A stretch of 64,000 nucleotides of DNA from an uncultured Clostridia bacterium (GCA_945871105.1 CAMBUO010000001.1:59120-123119), one strand, 5' to 3'; counted from the stretch's first letter, positions 42,502 to 54,117 are shown. Program-made: numbers and translations. Notes: a model not told the origin generated them from the sequence alone.

Positions 42502-43855
42502 TTATCGAAATAATGATAATACCAACTGTAAAAGTTAAGAATACTATTAAAATTGGTTCTAACAATGTTTTTACTTGATTAATAGAATTTCTGTATAAAT
42601 TTTGATAATAATCAGCAACTTTTTCCATCATTGTTCCTAATTGACCAGTTGATTCTCCAGTTACAATCATTTCATAAGCAACAACTGGAATATGAGGATT
42701 ATCTTTAAAAGCTTCTGATATCTTACCACCTTTATTTAAATTTTTAACCGTTTTCTCAATTATTTTTTTATAAATTTCATTGTCACTTACTTTAATTAAA
42801 ACATCCATACTATCGGTTATAAAAACACCATGATTTAAAAGAGAAGCAAAAGTCTTAGAAAACATAGATACTTCACTATACATAATAATATTTTTAACAA
42901 CTGGTATTTTTAAATAAATTGATTGCATTAAATAACGAAATGACTTTACATTTTTAAACCAATATAAATATAGTAATAAAATCATGATAATAATTATTAT
43001 TATTTGTAATAAATATTCTTGTAAAAAGTTACTAAAAGATATTGTCATTAAAGTTATTTTAGGTAAATTATCACTCCAACTTGAAAACATTTCAACGTAT
43101 TGGGGAACAATATAACGAAGAACAAAGACGATAACAGCAACAGCCATAATTAAAACAATGGTTGGATATGTCATAGCACTTTTTAGTTCTTTTTTAGTTT
43201 TATCAATCGATGTATAATAATCGGCCATATCATCTAAAATAGCTGGTAAATCTCCAGTTAACTCAGCAGATCTTACCATATTAGTTAATAACTTAGGAAA
43301 TACCTTTGGTTGATGTTCAAAAGCAGTTGATAAACTTTCTCCAGATAATAAATCATAAACAATCAAATCATATATTTTTTTTATATTAGGTTTAGTTGAT
43401 TGTTTAGCAAGAATTCGAAAAGCATCAACTAAAGACATTCCAGCTTTTAAATAAGTTGATATTTGCGTTAAAGCAAACGATAATTCTCCTATTTTAATAG
43501 GGGCAAAAATACTTAGATTTAAATCTAAACTACTTTTTTTAACAGGTTGAATAGAAATAACATTATTACCTTCATTAACTAAATAGTTTTTAGCTTGTTC
43601 AATATTGTAAGCATCAAAAGAACCAGTTTTTATTTTCCCATTTTTATCTTTAGTTTTATATTTAAAAGTAATTTTTTCTTGTCCCTTATTAGCAGCAGCT
43701 TTATCTAATCTATTAGTCATTAATTTTAAATTTTCATCAACAATATCTTCTTCAAAGAATAAATCTTTTACTTTATCTTTTTTTCGAAATATACTAAGTA
43801 TTAAAGCAGCTAATCCTTTATAAGCATATGTAAAAATATTATCTTTTGTTATCAT
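42464..43855 (-). CDS. Type II secretion / type IV pilus platform protein (GspF/PilC/ComGB family)
   Basis: Two T2SSF-like repeats and three TM segments, 463 aa. It overlaps the prepilin peptidase gene. Confidence 0.65.
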   Translation of the reverse strand: MITKDNIFTYAYKGLAALILSIFRKKDKVKDLFFEEDIVDENLKLMTNRLDKAAANKGQEKITFKYKTKDKNGKIKTGSFDAYNIEQAKNYLVNEGNNVISIQPVKKSSLDLNLSIFAPIKIGELSFALTQISTYLKAGMSLVDAFRILAKQSTKPNIKKIYDLIVYDLLSGESLSTAFEHQPKVFPKLLTNMVRSAELTGDLPAILDDMADYYTSIDKTKKELKSAMTYPTIVLIMAVAVIVFVLRYIVPQYVEMFSSWSDNLPKITLMTISFSNFLQEYLLQIIIIIIMILLLYLYWFKNVKSFRYLMQSIYLKIPVVKNIIMYSEVSMFSKTFASLLNHGVFITDSMDVLIKVSDNEIYKKIIEKTVKNLNKGGKISEAFKDNPHIPVVAYEMIVTGESTGQLGTMMEKVADYYQNLYRNSINQVKTLLEPILIVFLTFTVGIIIISIIVPMFEMYKVIQ

Positions 43856-43905
43856 AAAATCCCTCTATTCTTTTTTATCTTACCATATTAATTATTTTTT
43901 TACAA

Positions 43906-45870
43906 TTAACTATTAATAGTTTTTTTATTTTTTAAGATTTTAAAATAATTTGTTTTTAATACCTGATCATTTTTCTTAATTAATTCATTTATTTTTATAG
44001 CCATATTATTGATATAATCATCAGTCGCTTGTAATCCTTTTACTACATTTCCACTTGCATCGACATATCTTTTTCCATCATACCAAGTGTAATCATTAAA
44101 GAATACGTAACCTGAATAACTATCATCTAATGCATCTTCACCAACATAATAACTTGGATGATCATAAAGATTAAATAAGTTTAATAAAGTTGGTAAAATA
44201 TTTAACTGACTAGTAGCTTTAGTAATAGTAGTTGGTTTTATATCACTTGACCAAATAAAGAAATCAGTTTGATTAATTAAATTAGTTTCTGTATCTTTAT
44301 AACTACTTAAAATACTTTTATCACTTACTGTATAAACGTAATGATCAGCAAAGAAAACAACAACAGTATTATCGTATAATCCTTTTTCTTTTAAATTATC
44401 CATAAGTAATCCAACCATTTGATCAGTTTCTCCAGCTTGAATCTTTAAACAATCTAATTCACTTGGATTATAATCAGGATTATTTTTTTCTTCTTCAGTT
44501 AATAACATACTACAAACTCCACTTGTTTTAGAAAAAGGTAAATGAGCTGAATAAGTTATGATATAAGAAACAAAATTTTGATTTAAAGGATTTTCCATAT
44601 TAAATATTTTACTATTAAATTCTTCATTTAATAAAAGTTCCGTATCTAAATAATATTCTTTATTTTCGTAAATTCCTAAATCTTTTAAACCGTTATAAGA
44701 ATTATAACCAAAATTTTTATAATTTATACCTCTTGAGTAATATTCACTAGAATTCATATGAAAAGCATTGACGGTATAACCAACACTTTTAAATAAATTA
44801 GGTAAGGAATAATCAAAATTATTTTTACTAAAAGTATAAGCATTTTGATTATAACTATAAGGTGTTGCATAACCAGTATTTACCATAAACTCTGAATTAA
44901 AGGTAGAACCTCCTCCATTAACAAAAGAAAAGTGATTACTAAAATTAATACTTTGTCTTTTTAAATTACTAAGTATAGGCATAACTTCATCATTTACTAA
45001 AAAGTTATCAATACTTTCTAATTGAACAAGTATTAAATTTTTTCCTTCAAATAAACCTGTATATTCATTTAAATGGGTATTTTCATCAGTAAAAATAGTT
45101 TCTAAGTAAGTAAGAGAATCATCATTACTATTATCTTCTTTTTTAAAATAAGTTACATAAATATTTCGAAAATTATATTCAAATAGTCCAGTTAATTCCA
45201 TACTTTTATTATTATCATTAAAGGTATTATAAACATTTCTTTTGTTATTCCAAGCATTCCATTCTAACTTTGTTGTTGATGATCCTAAAGTATAGGGAAT
45301 AATGGTATGGATAATTATAAATATTAGAGAGGATATTGCCAAATATTTATAATTATTTTTCTTATTTTTTATAAAATTACGATAAGTTAAAATCATTAAA
45401 GCAAAGCTAATAATAATAACCATATACATCCAAGGAGTAATATTTTTTAAAGTATCTAAAAAATAAGAACTTCCTTCACTAGCAGCACTTAAAACCGAAA
45501 AATCAAAAAATATTTTAAAAATACTATAATAAATATTATGGACTAAAAACATGATAAAATGAAAACCATAAAATAATCCATATATTAGTTTTCCATAAAT
45601 ATTCTTAGTATTTTTAATAACAAAAATTAGAAAAAATATCCATAAAAAAGAAAATAAATTAGGTATTAAAGAAAATGGTTTAACAAATCCAATAGAACTA
45701 GTTGCAATTCTTGTTGATATATCTAATATATATAAAGATAGAAACATATATACATACATTCTATTATTTTTTAAATGATTAATAATTTTTTTTAAATTTT
45801 TTTGATAAGGAATCTTTTTAATTTTATTAAATAATGATTTAATTTTTTCTTTCATTAATCTTAACTCCAT
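43906..45870 (-). CDS. ltaS: Lipoteichoic acid synthase family protein (LtaS-type sulfatase)
   Basis: Five N-terminal TM helices followed by an extracellular sulfatase/alkaline-phosphatase-superfamily domain, 654 aa. Confidence 0.7.
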   Translation of the reverse strand: MELRLMKEKIKSLFNKIKKIPYQKNLKKIINHLKNNRMYVYMFLSLYILDISTRIATSSIGFVKPFSLIPNLFSFLWIFFLIFVIKNTKNIYGKLIYGLFYGFHFIMFLVHNIYYSIFKIFFDFSVLSAASEGSSYFLDTLKNITPWMYMVIIISFALMILTYRNFIKNKKNNYKYLAISSLIFIIIHTIIPYTLGSSTTKLEWNAWNNKRNVYNTFNDNNKSMELTGLFEYNFRNIYVTYFKKEDNSNDDSLTYLETIFTDENTHLNEYTGLFEGKNLILVQLESIDNFLVNDEVMPILSNLKRQSINFSNHFSFVNGGGSTFNSEFMVNTGYATPYSYNQNAYTFSKNNFDYSLPNLFKSVGYTVNAFHMNSSEYYSRGINYKNFGYNSYNGLKDLGIYENKEYYLDTELLLNEEFNSKIFNMENPLNQNFVSYIITYSAHLPFSKTSGVCSMLLTEEEKNNPDYNPSELDCLKIQAGETDQMVGLLMDNLKEKGLYDNTVVVFFADHYVYTVSDKSILSSYKDTETNLINQTDFFIWSSDIKPTTITKATSQLNILPTLLNLFNLYDHPSYYVGEDALDDSYSGYVFFNDYTWYDGKRYVDASGNVVKGLQATDDYINNMAIKINELIKKNDQVLKTNYFKILKNKKTINS

Positions 45871-45896
45871 TCATGATAATTATACCACATAATAAT

Positions 45897-45925
45897 ATCT
45901 TATTTTGAAAAAAAAAGCAAGATTT
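45897..45925 (-). terminator. Intrinsic terminator of typA
   Basis: AGATTTACA-TTAATT-TGTAAATCT followed by T9 on the minus strand. Confidence 0.6.
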
Positions 45926-45930
45926 ACAAA

Positions 45931-47744
45931 TTAATGTAAATCTCGGTTATTAGCTTTTTTACGAAGTTCGGCTTTTAGAATTTTTTTACGTAATCTAAAT
46001 CCTACTGGAGTTACTTCAACTAATTCATCGTTATTAATATAGTCAAGAGCAATTTCTAAAGACATTACTCTTGGTCTTTTTAAAACAACAGTATGATCTG
46101 ATCCGCTGGCTCTGGTGTTAGTTAAGTTTTTACCTTTAACAACATTAACAGCTATATCATTATCGTGATTATGTTCCCCTACTATCATTCCTTCGTATAC
46201 TTCATCCCCTGGTTCAATAAACATTGTTCCTCGATCTTCAAGTTGTCCTAAGGCATAAGCTGTCGCTTTTCCATTTTCCATCGATACTAGAACACCTTGT
46301 TTTCTCTCTCCTACTTGATTATGAACAACTGGTTTATACTCTTTAAAAGTATGATTCATAATACCATATCCTTTAGTAATTGTCATGAATTCTGTCATGA
46401 AACCTATTAAACCACGAGAAGGAATAGTATAAGTTAATCTCGTTGAATCTCCCATATTTTGCATATTTTCTAAATTACCAAAACGAAGACCTAATGATTC
46501 AATGACACCACCAACATAGTCATTACTAACATCAATTTGTAAATCTTCAAATGGTTCACATTTTTCGCCATCAATTTCTTTAATGATAACTTGAGGTTTA
46601 GATACTTGAAGTTCAAAACCTTCACGACGCATATTTTCAATTAAAATAGATAAATGTAATTCACCTCGACCTTTGACTAAAAAGCTTTCTTGATCGTATT
46701 GAGTAACACGTAAACTAACATCTTTTTCAGTTTCCTTTTTTAATCTTTCTTCAATTTTACGAACGGTTAAAAGTTTTCCTTCCCGACCAGCAAAAGGACT
46801 GGTATTAACCCCAAAAGTCATCTCTAAAGTTGGCTCATCAACACGAAGTGGTGGTAAAGCTTCTTCTAAACCAGGATTGCAAATAGTTTCACCAACATTA
46901 ATATCAGGAAGTCCAGCAATAGCAACAATATCACCAGCCAAAGCTGTTTCAATCTCGACTCTTTTCAAACCATTATAACCAAACATTTTTTGAATACGGA
47001 ATTGTTTTTTCGTTCCATCAAGGCGAAGACAACTAACGTTTTCTCCTACTTTCATTTTACCTCTTTTAATAACTCCTATACCAATACGTCCAACAAAGTC
47101 ATTATAATCAAGTAATGCAGGTTGGAATTGTAAAGAAGCATCAATATCACCACTTGGTTCTTTAATCGTTTCTAAAATAGTTTTTAAAAGTGGTTCCATC
47201 GTTTCTTTTTGCGTACTAATATCAGGATCTAAACTACAAGTTCCCATAACAGCACTTGTATAAACAACTGGAAAATCTAATTGATCAATATCAGCTCCAA
47301 GTTCAATAAATAAATCCATAACTTCATCAACAACTTGCTTTGGTCTAGCTGATGGTTTATCAATTTTATTAACAACAACAATCGGTGTAACTTTAGCTTC
47401 AAGAGCTTTCTTTAAAACAAATCTTGTTTGAGGCATTGTTCCTTCATATGCATCAACTACAAGTAAAACTCCATCAACCATATTCATAATACGTTCTACT
47501 TCTCCAGCAAAATCAGCATGTCCTGGAGTATCTAAAATATTAATACGAACTCCATTATAATTAATTGAAGTTGTCTTTGCTAAAATAGTAATTCCTCTTT
47601 CTTTCTCTAAAGCATTAGAATCCATTGATTCAACTTCTTCATTATCACGAAATGTTCCAGCATATTGTAACATTTTATCAACTAAAGTCGTTTTACCATG
47701 GTCAACATGGGCAATAATTGCTATATTTCGTATATTTTTCATAA
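45931..47744 (-). CDS. typA: Translational GTPase TypA/BipA
   Basis: [25 protein letters not shown]. Start taken at the internal [10 protein letters not shown]. Confidence 0.9.
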
Positions 47745-47815
47745 CTTCCACTTCCCTTTTTTTATAAACCTTAGTATTATAGCATAAAAAAAGTATCTTT
47801 GACAATACTTTTTAT

Positions 47816-48541
47816 TTAATTTAAAAACGTTTTTTGTAGTAAATCCGGATAATTTCCCATTAAAGAAATCTTATCTTTAATATAATTAGCCAATTTATCT
47901 TTCTTAGAACCAAATAATAAATCATAAACTAAAGACATTTCATAATCATTACCTATATAAATAACTACTTCTTTCTTTAAATCTAATTCTTGTTTAATTA
48001 AAGGAAAATTTAACATTTCAACCGTAAAAACATAATAATTAACATCAATATAATTTAAATCATAACCAACAATAGCAAAACCAAATTGACAATCTATTTC
48101 TTTAGTTCTAACAATATCCAATAAATCTCGACTAACACTATGAAGATATAAATTTAATTTACTATTTTTTAAAATATCAGCTAAATTATTAGCATATTTT
48201 TCATATTCTAACATCAAAACTTTATTTTGTTCCTCAGTTAATTGTAATTGCCTAAAAGGAACTAAATTTAAATAAACTTTTTTTGAATAATTAATACTTT
48301 CTAAATAATTAATAACTGTTTCTAATTTAATAACTTCTAAATTTTGTAAATTCTCATAATTACTATTATAAATATTTTGTAATAAAGATTCTTGATTATT
48401 AATTAAATTAAAAGTTATTAAAACATTATCTTTCGTTTTAAAAATATTTAAAGCTATACCATCAATATAATCTAAATAAATAATTTTATTAAAGAAATCA
48501 TTAACAGAGTATTTAATACTTTTTTGAATAATTAATTCCAT
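47816..48541 (-). CDS. Hypothetical protein (weak GP-PDE-like pattern, lacks catalytic His motifs)
   Basis: 241 aa with no confident motif. Confidence 0.3.
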   Translation of the reverse strand: MELIIQKSIKYSVNDFFNKIIYLDYIDGIALNIFKTKDNVLITFNLINNQESLLQNIYNSNYENLQNLEVIKLETVINYLESINYSKKVYLNLVPFRQLQLTEEQNKVLMLEYEKYANNLADILKNSKLNLYLHSVSRDLLDIVRTKEIDCQFGFAIVGYDLNYIDVNYYVFTVEMLNFPLIKQELDLKKEVVIYIGNDYEMSLVYDLLFGSKKDKLANYIKDKISLMGNYPDLLQKTFLN

Positions 48542-48576
48542 AAATCACCATTAGATTATATGTTAATTAATCTTAA

Positions 48577-48816
48577 TTATTTATGCTTTTTAATTCTTTG
48601 ATATTCCATTAACCTATACATATCAAGCATCATATTATTAGTTTTTACATATAAAGATCCTAGTAAAGTTCTAGATTCTAATAAATCATCAACTTGTCTT
48701 AATGAACTATGTAAATTACCATATAATAAGTTATCATCTGGATTAAGTTTATATTTGTTATAAGTAGCTTGAATTTCTAATAATAATTTTTTATAGTTAA
48801 GAAGATCAAACTTCAT
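48577..48816 (-). CDS. Hypothetical small protein
   Basis: 79 aa ORF overlapping the U32 peptidase start by 11 nt. Coding status uncertain. Confidence 0.25.
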   Translation of the reverse strand: MKFDLLNYKKLLLEIQATYNKYKLNPDDNLLYGNLHSSLRQVDDLLESRTLLGSLYVKTNNMMLDMYRLMEYQRIKKHK

Positions 48817-50935
48817 CTTCTTCCTCCCTTAAGCAATTGATTCCTAATTTAAAATATTTACGAGGATTATCTAAACTAGTAACTTTATAATCATAAATAT
48901 ATGTTAAATTATTTTTTACTTTGATTAAATATTTATTGTGAAAACGATCAATTAAATACTTAGGATTATTATAATAATTATGAAAATTAAACTTAGTTAC
49001 CATTAATTCCCATCTTGATTTAATAATTAATTCTAAGTTAGGTCTTTTATGATAACGATTTAAGTAACTATTTACTAAATCTTCAATATCTTTATCATTT
49101 AATTCTAAAGATAAAGTTACTCTTTTAACTCCTCTTGAGTGTAAAAAAGCTACAGTATAAGAATTAGTAACATTAAAAGAATAATCAGTAATAATATTAG
49201 ATAAACTATTTAAAGCTCCGAGTTCTCCAACTAAATATTCTTTCTTAGGATCATATTTATTATAATTATCTATAACCTTTGGTAATTTTAATATTTTACG
49301 AGAATCAGTTTCACTATAAAAATACTTATATTTATCACTTTTTATATTACCTAAATAACTATAACTGTTTTCTTCATTAAAATCTGGTACATTAATTATA
49401 TATTCTTTTTTTAAATAATCTTTTTTAAAATTTAATATTCTTAATTCATTTAATTTATTTAAAATATCTCTTCTTAAATGATTAATTTCACTTATAGGTA
49501 TAAATAAGTTATTATCTTTTTCGATTATAATATTATCTATTTGATAAATAGTATCGCCTACTTTAGCTAATTTTTCTTGAATTTCTAATTTTGTTGTTTC
49601 TTTATTTAAAGATATTAAAGGAATATTGCCCTCTATAGTAATAGTATTTTGATAATCAGTAACACTTAAAGTAATATTTTTATCTTTTAAAGCGACAAAC
49701 TTAAAAGTAACAGGTATTTTTCTTAACTTTTGATTAATTTTATTTTTTATTTCCGTTTCTATTTTATAAGATAAAGTTCTGTATACTTTACTATTAAGAG
49801 GAATATTTTTATTTACTTTAAAAGTTATTACTTGATTTTTTAAACCAGTATAGACTTGTTTATTATTAATAGTAAATTCATTTAAAGTTAGTCCGTATTC
49901 AAAATCTTTATTAATTATTCTTAAACCATCATGAATAGATACATCATCAGTTAAAGTAACCTCAATATAATTGTTTTTAGATTTGGTAACTTTGCCTATT
50001 AATACTCCTTGATGATTAGAGAAATCTGGATTAATAACTTCTTTATTATCTTCATTTAAAATATAACCTTTAGTTGTTGGTCTTGAAAAGATATTTTGTA
50101 AATTATATAAATCTTCTTGATTAACCATTATCTTTTTCGTTTTTAAATAATTATCTCTAGTTTCTCTATATAGTTTAGTTGTTGTATAAACATAGCTTGG
50201 ACTTTTCATTCTTCCTTCTATTTTAAAACTATTAACACCTAAGTCAATTAACTTATCAAGATAATTAATAGTCATTAAATCTTTCATACTAAGAGGATAA
50301 TTACCTGAATTTATCATTTCTTGTTTATTATTTTCTAATTTATAAGGTAATCTACAACAACCTGTACAAGTACCTCGGTTACCACTTCTTGGTCCAATAC
50401 TTCTTGCAAATAAACACATACCTGAATAGGATACACATAAAGCTCCATGTACAAAGATTTCAATTTCTAAACCGGTTTTTTCTTTTATTTCTTTGATAAC
50501 TTCAAGTGGGGTTTCTCTGGCTAGCACCACTCTTTTTATTCCCATCGATTTAGCAACCATTGCTCCATCTAAATTATGAATATGCATCTGGGTTGATCCA
50601 TGAATTTCCAAATTAGGATAAATTTTATGAACTAAATCAATCATTCCCAAATCTTGCATAATAAGAGCATCAACATTATTTTTATGCAAAAAGTCAACAT
50701 AATTTAAAAACTTAGTAACTTCTCTTTCGAAAATTAAAATATTACAAGTAACATAAACTTTAACTCCGTATAAATGAGCATAATTAATTACATAAACTAA
50801 TTCTTCATCAGTAAAATTATTGGCAAAACCTCTGGCACCAAACATCTTTCCGGCTAAATAAACAGCATCGCATCCCGCTTCAATAGCCGCATAAAAAGAT
50901 TCGATTGAACCACATGGTGATAATATCTCTGGCAT
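48806..50935 (-). CDS. Peptidase U32 family protein (long form with C-terminal extension)
   Basis: MPEILSPCGSIESFYAAIEAGCDAVYLAGKMFGARGFANNF is the canonical U32 N-terminus. 709 aa. Confidence 0.85.
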   Translation of the reverse strand: MPEILSPCGSIESFYAAIEAGCDAVYLAGKMFGARGFANNFTDEELVYVINYAHLYGVKVYVTCNILIFEREVTKFLNYVDFLHKNNVDALIMQDLGMIDLVHKIYPNLEIHGSTQMHIHNLDGAMVAKSMGIKRVVLARETPLEVIKEIKEKTGLEIEIFVHGALCVSYSGMCLFARSIGPRSGNRGTCTGCCRLPYKLENNKQEMINSGNYPLSMKDLMTINYLDKLIDLGVNSFKIEGRMKSPSYVYTTTKLYRETRDNYLKTKKIMVNQEDLYNLQNIFSRPTTKGYILNEDNKEVINPDFSNHQGVLIGKVTKSKNNYIEVTLTDDVSIHDGLRIINKDFEYGLTLNEFTINNKQVYTGLKNQVITFKVNKNIPLNSKVYRTLSYKIETEIKNKINQKLRKIPVTFKFVALKDKNITLSVTDYQNTITIEGNIPLISLNKETTKLEIQEKLAKVGDTIYQIDNIIIEKDNNLFIPISEINHLRRDILNKLNELRILNFKKDYLKKEYIINVPDFNEENSYSYLGNIKSDKYKYFYSETDSRKILKLPKVIDNYNKYDPKKEYLVGELGALNSLSNIITDYSFNVTNSYTVAFLHSRGVKRVTLSLELNDKDIEDLVNSYLNRYHKRPNLELIIKSRWELMVTKFNFHNYYNNPKYLIDRFHNKYLIKVKNNLTYIYDYKVTSLDNPRKYFKLGINCLREEEDEV

Positions 50936-51002
50936 AATCTCAACTCCTTAAAACGATATAATTATACCATCTTATCTTTATATTTCCAACTTAAAAATAA
51001 AA

Positions 51003-51482
51003 CTATTTATCTTTAAACTTAACATTTTTTAAAATAATTCTTAATAAGCAATAATAACTAATATTTAAAATTAAACTATGTTCAAATTTATAAAAGAAAT
51101 CATAAATAGTTACCATATTCTCTTTACTTAAATAGGCTAACCCAAATAAAATAAAATCATATATAAAGATAAAAACAATAATTAAAATAATATTAACTAA
51201 TATATTTAACCGAAAATACTTATCAATTTTCTTGATAATTTTAGCAAATAATAAAAATATTAAACTATTAAATAAAAATAAATAAGAATATAATAAATCA
51301 TAAATAAAACCAATAATAAAAACTATTTTTAAATACTTTTTAGTTTCTAGTTTAGAATATAAATAAACGATTAATACAATTAATAACATGGGATAAAAAT
51401 AATTTAAGTTATTAAAACCAAGATTTAGAAAATAAGATAATAAATAATCAATTAAAAAAGTAATTAAAATTAATAAAAACAT
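51003..51482 (-). CDS. mreD: Rod shape-determining protein MreD
   Basis: 159 aa polytopic membrane protein immediately downstream of mreC. Confidence 0.5.
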   Translation of the reverse strand: MFLLILITFLIDYLLSYFLNLGFNNLNYFYPMLLIVLIVYLYSKLETKKYLKIVFIIGFIYDLLYSYLFLFNSLIFLLFAKIIKKIDKYFRLNILVNIILIIVFIFIYDFILFGLAYLSKENMVTIYDFFYKFEHSLILNISYYCLLRIILKNVKFKDK

Positions 51483-51483
51483 A

Positions 51484-52218
51484 TTATTTCCTTTTTAAAA
51501 CTTTAACAAATTTTAAATCATTAAAATTACTACTTGGTTTTATATAAATAACTTTCGATACATTATATTTATCTTCAATAATTTCTTCAACACTTCCAAT
51601 TAAAATACCGCTTGGAAATATTCCACCCATTCCACTTGTATAAACTAAACTATTTTTTTCTATCTCATTTATTTTATTAATAGATGTTACTTCTAAACAT
51701 TCTTTTTCTTTGTTATAACCACTTAAAATACCATAGATAGTATCATCGTTATTTTTTATCATAACGGATATTTTATGATTAATATCACTGGTTGTTATTA
51801 ATTTAACTTCACTTGTTTTTAAACTAACTTTTGTAATTCTTCCTACTAAACCATCACTAGAAATAACAGCCATATCTTCAACTATTCCATCTTTACTACC
51901 TGAATTAATGGTTAAAGTGTTAAACCAATACATTTTATTTCTCGTTATTACTAAACTAGTAATACTATCAAACTCAGTTAAAGTACTACTTAAATTATTT
52001 ATTTTTTTTAATTCTTCAAATTCTTTAGCTTGTTCTATAACAATACCTTCATATACTTGATTACTAAGTTCTACCTCAGTTTTAATAGCTTCAACGGGTA
52101 AAAAAACTAAATCTTTTAATAAATAAAAGGGATAAAATAAATTAATATTTGTTTTTAAACTAATAAAAGCTATTAAATATATAATAATGATAATAACAAA
52201 CGTTTTAATTTTTAGCAT
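51484..52218 (-). CDS. mreC: Rod shape-determining protein MreC
   Basis: N-terminal TM and coiled coil, …SDGLVGRITKV…TSGMGGIFPSGILIGSV. Confidence 0.8.
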   Translation of the reverse strand: MLKIKTFVIIIIIYLIAFISLKTNINLFYPFYLLKDLVFLPVEAIKTEVELSNQVYEGIVIEQAKEFEELKKINNLSSTLTEFDSITSLVITRNKMYWFNTLTINSGSKDGIVEDMAVISSDGLVGRITKVSLKTSEVKLITTSDINHKISVMIKNNDDTIYGILSGYNKEKECLEVTSINKINEIEKNSLVYTSGMGGIFPSGILIGSVEEIIEDKYNVSKVIYIKPSSNFNDLKFVKVLKRK

Positions 52219-52220
52219 AA

Positions 52221-52901
52221 TTACTCCATTAAATTATTTTCAAAGAAACTAAAATAGTTATTTTCACTGATAATGATGTGATCAACTAATTGAATTCCTT
52301 GAATATTTCCTATTTTAATTAAAGATTTTGTAATTTCTATATCAGCTTTACTAGGCAAAACATCACCACTTGGATGATTATGTAAGCAAATAATTGAAGA
52401 AGCACTGCAAAGATAAGCATTTTTAAAAACTTCTCTTGGATGAATTAAACTTTTATCAATTGTTCCCATAAATAATAATTTCCTTTCAATTAAATTTTTC
52501 TTCGTATCTAAATATAAACAATAAAAACATTCTTGTTTTAATCCTAAAAATAAAGATTTAGAATATTCATATATTAACTTAGGATTATTATATTTTTCTT
52601 TTTTAATTAAATTATTTTCTAAATAAATTCTTTTACCAAGTTCTAAAATAGCTAATAATTCTATTTTTTTCACTAAACCAAGCCCTTTAATATTATCAAA
52701 AGTATAAATATTTATATCTTTTAAATTATTAATACTTTTTATTCTTTTTAATATTTCTAAAGCTAATTCTTTAGCTGATACTCCTTTTGTACCATTTTTT
52801 AAAATAATAGCTAATAATTCTTCATTACTTAAACTAGAACTTCCAAGTTTTAATAATCTTTCTCTTGGTCTTTCTTCAACTGGTATTTCTTTAATTAACA
52901 T
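52221..52901 (-). CDS. radC: RadC-like JAB domain protein
   Basis: HNHPSGDVLPSKADIEITK JAMM motif, 226 aa. Confidence 0.85.
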   Translation of the reverse strand: MLIKEIPVEERPRERLLKLGSSSLSNEELLAIILKNGTKGVSAKELALEILKRIKSINNLKDINIYTFDNIKGLGLVKKIELLAILELGKRIYLENNLIKKEKYNNPKLIYEYSKSLFLGLKQECFYCLYLDTKKNLIERKLLFMGTIDKSLIHPREVFKNAYLCSASSIICLHNHPSGDVLPSKADIEITKSLIKIGNIQGIQLVDHIIISENNYFSFFENNLME

Positions 52902-52931
52902 ATATTCACCTCGAATATAATATAATCAATT

Positions 52932-53372
52932 TTATAAAGATAAATCTTGTTCTTGAAATATTTCTTTAAAAACTTCTTTAATATCTTGATAATTATCTAA
53001 ATCTTTTAAAGTATTATCATACTCTTTAATTTTATTTAAAGTTTCACTATTTTTAACATAATCAGATCTAATATAAGTATATATTCCCATATTTTTATAC
53101 ATTTCTTGGGTTTTTAAAGCTATATCATAATTAGAAGTAATTCCTAAGTAAACATAGTATTTATCATCATTTTCCACGATTTTATAATTATCTAAACTAG
53201 AACTATTTTTTAAAGCTGCTTCATTTGAGGTGTAAACTCCGTACTGAATATAATAAATATTACCTGTTTCATTTAAATATTCTTTACCTTTATAATTTTT
53301 AAAAATAATTTGCCCGAATATTAAACCAATTAAACTACCAATTAAAATAACAATAATAATACTTTTTTTCAT
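52932..53372 (-). CDS. SPOR-domain protein (secreted or membrane-anchored)
   Basis: Signal anchor plus YYIQYGVYTSNEAALKNSSSL…YYVYLGITSNYDIALKTQEMYKNMGIYTYIR, a SPOR-like beta-alpha-beta-beta pattern. Confidence 0.45.
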   Translation of the reverse strand: MKKSIIIVILIGSLIGLIFGQIIFKNYKGKEYLNETGNIYYIQYGVYTSNEAALKNSSSLDNYKIVENDDKYYVYLGITSNYDIALKTQEMYKNMGIYTYIRSDYVKNSETLNKIKEYDNTLKDLDNYQDIKEVFKEIFQEQDLSL

Positions 53373-53483
53373 ATTCCTCCTTCATTATTATTGTATAACT
53401 TTAAATTGTTTTATTTTGTCGAATAATAAAAAAAAGTAATTTAAAATAAAATCTAAATTACTTTTAAGTGTTATATTTTCTAA

Positions 53484-54116
53484 TTAAGCACATATAAAAT
53501 CAATAATAACTGTCGTAGTTCTTACTTCTCCTCCAACTAAATAATTTATTTTATAAGTTATCTGATCATTGTATCTAGTTCCTGCAAAAGATCCATATAT
53601 AACTAAAGTGAATTGCATATTTAAAGTAGCTGTATCAGTTGATCCTAAAGTAGTTTTATCAATTGATCCTGAGACATTACTTAATAAATTTCCATTAGAA
53701 GTATAACTACTTACAACTTCGCCATTGGTCCAGGTTTCATTACTAGAATTTTTAATCGTAAAGTTTAAATTAAAACTTTCGGTCGTTGGATTAAAAGATT
53801 GACCAAATCTATAAGTTTTGGTTATTTGCATTCTATAAGTACTAGTTGCAACATCAAATGATTCTTCTACATTTTGAAATCTACTTTGAGCACTAGAAGA
53901 AATATTATTCCCGGTTAAATAATCGGATTGGAAAGTTGTTGAAAATTGGGTACCTTCTGTGGTTTCAACCGGTTCCGTTGGTAAAACGCCTTCCGGCCAA
54001 ACATAGCCATCAATACTAGCAACTCCAGTTATTTGTAAATTAGAAGATAAATAAGCATAAGAAATACCTAGACTAATAATAAAAATTAAGTAAGCAAGAC
54101 TAACTAAAGAAAACAT
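53484..54116 (-). CDS. Secreted Ser/Thr-rich protein with SipW-cognate-type signal peptide (third putative fibre or accessory subunit)
   Basis: …ISLGISYAYLSSNLQITG N-terminus. Start taken at the internal ATG. Distal gene of the operon. Confidence 0.4.
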   Translation of the reverse strand: MFSLVSLAYLIFIISLGISYAYLSSNLQITGVASIDGYVWPEGVLPTEPVETTEGTQFSTTFQSDYLTGNNISSSAQSRFQNVEESFDVATSTYRMQITKTYRFGQSFNPTTESFNLNFTIKNSSNETWTNGEVVSSYTSNGNLLSNVSGSIDKTTLGSTDTATLNMQFTLVIYGSFAGTRYNDQITYKINYLVGGEVRTTTVIIDFICA

Positions 54117-54117
54117 T

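Noticed and set aside
47816-48541. Glycerophosphodiester phosphodiesterase call for the 241-aa protein
   Set aside because: Only a vague DG…L…D pattern matches. The His-Arg and His-Glu catalytic motifs are absent. It is kept as hypothetical.
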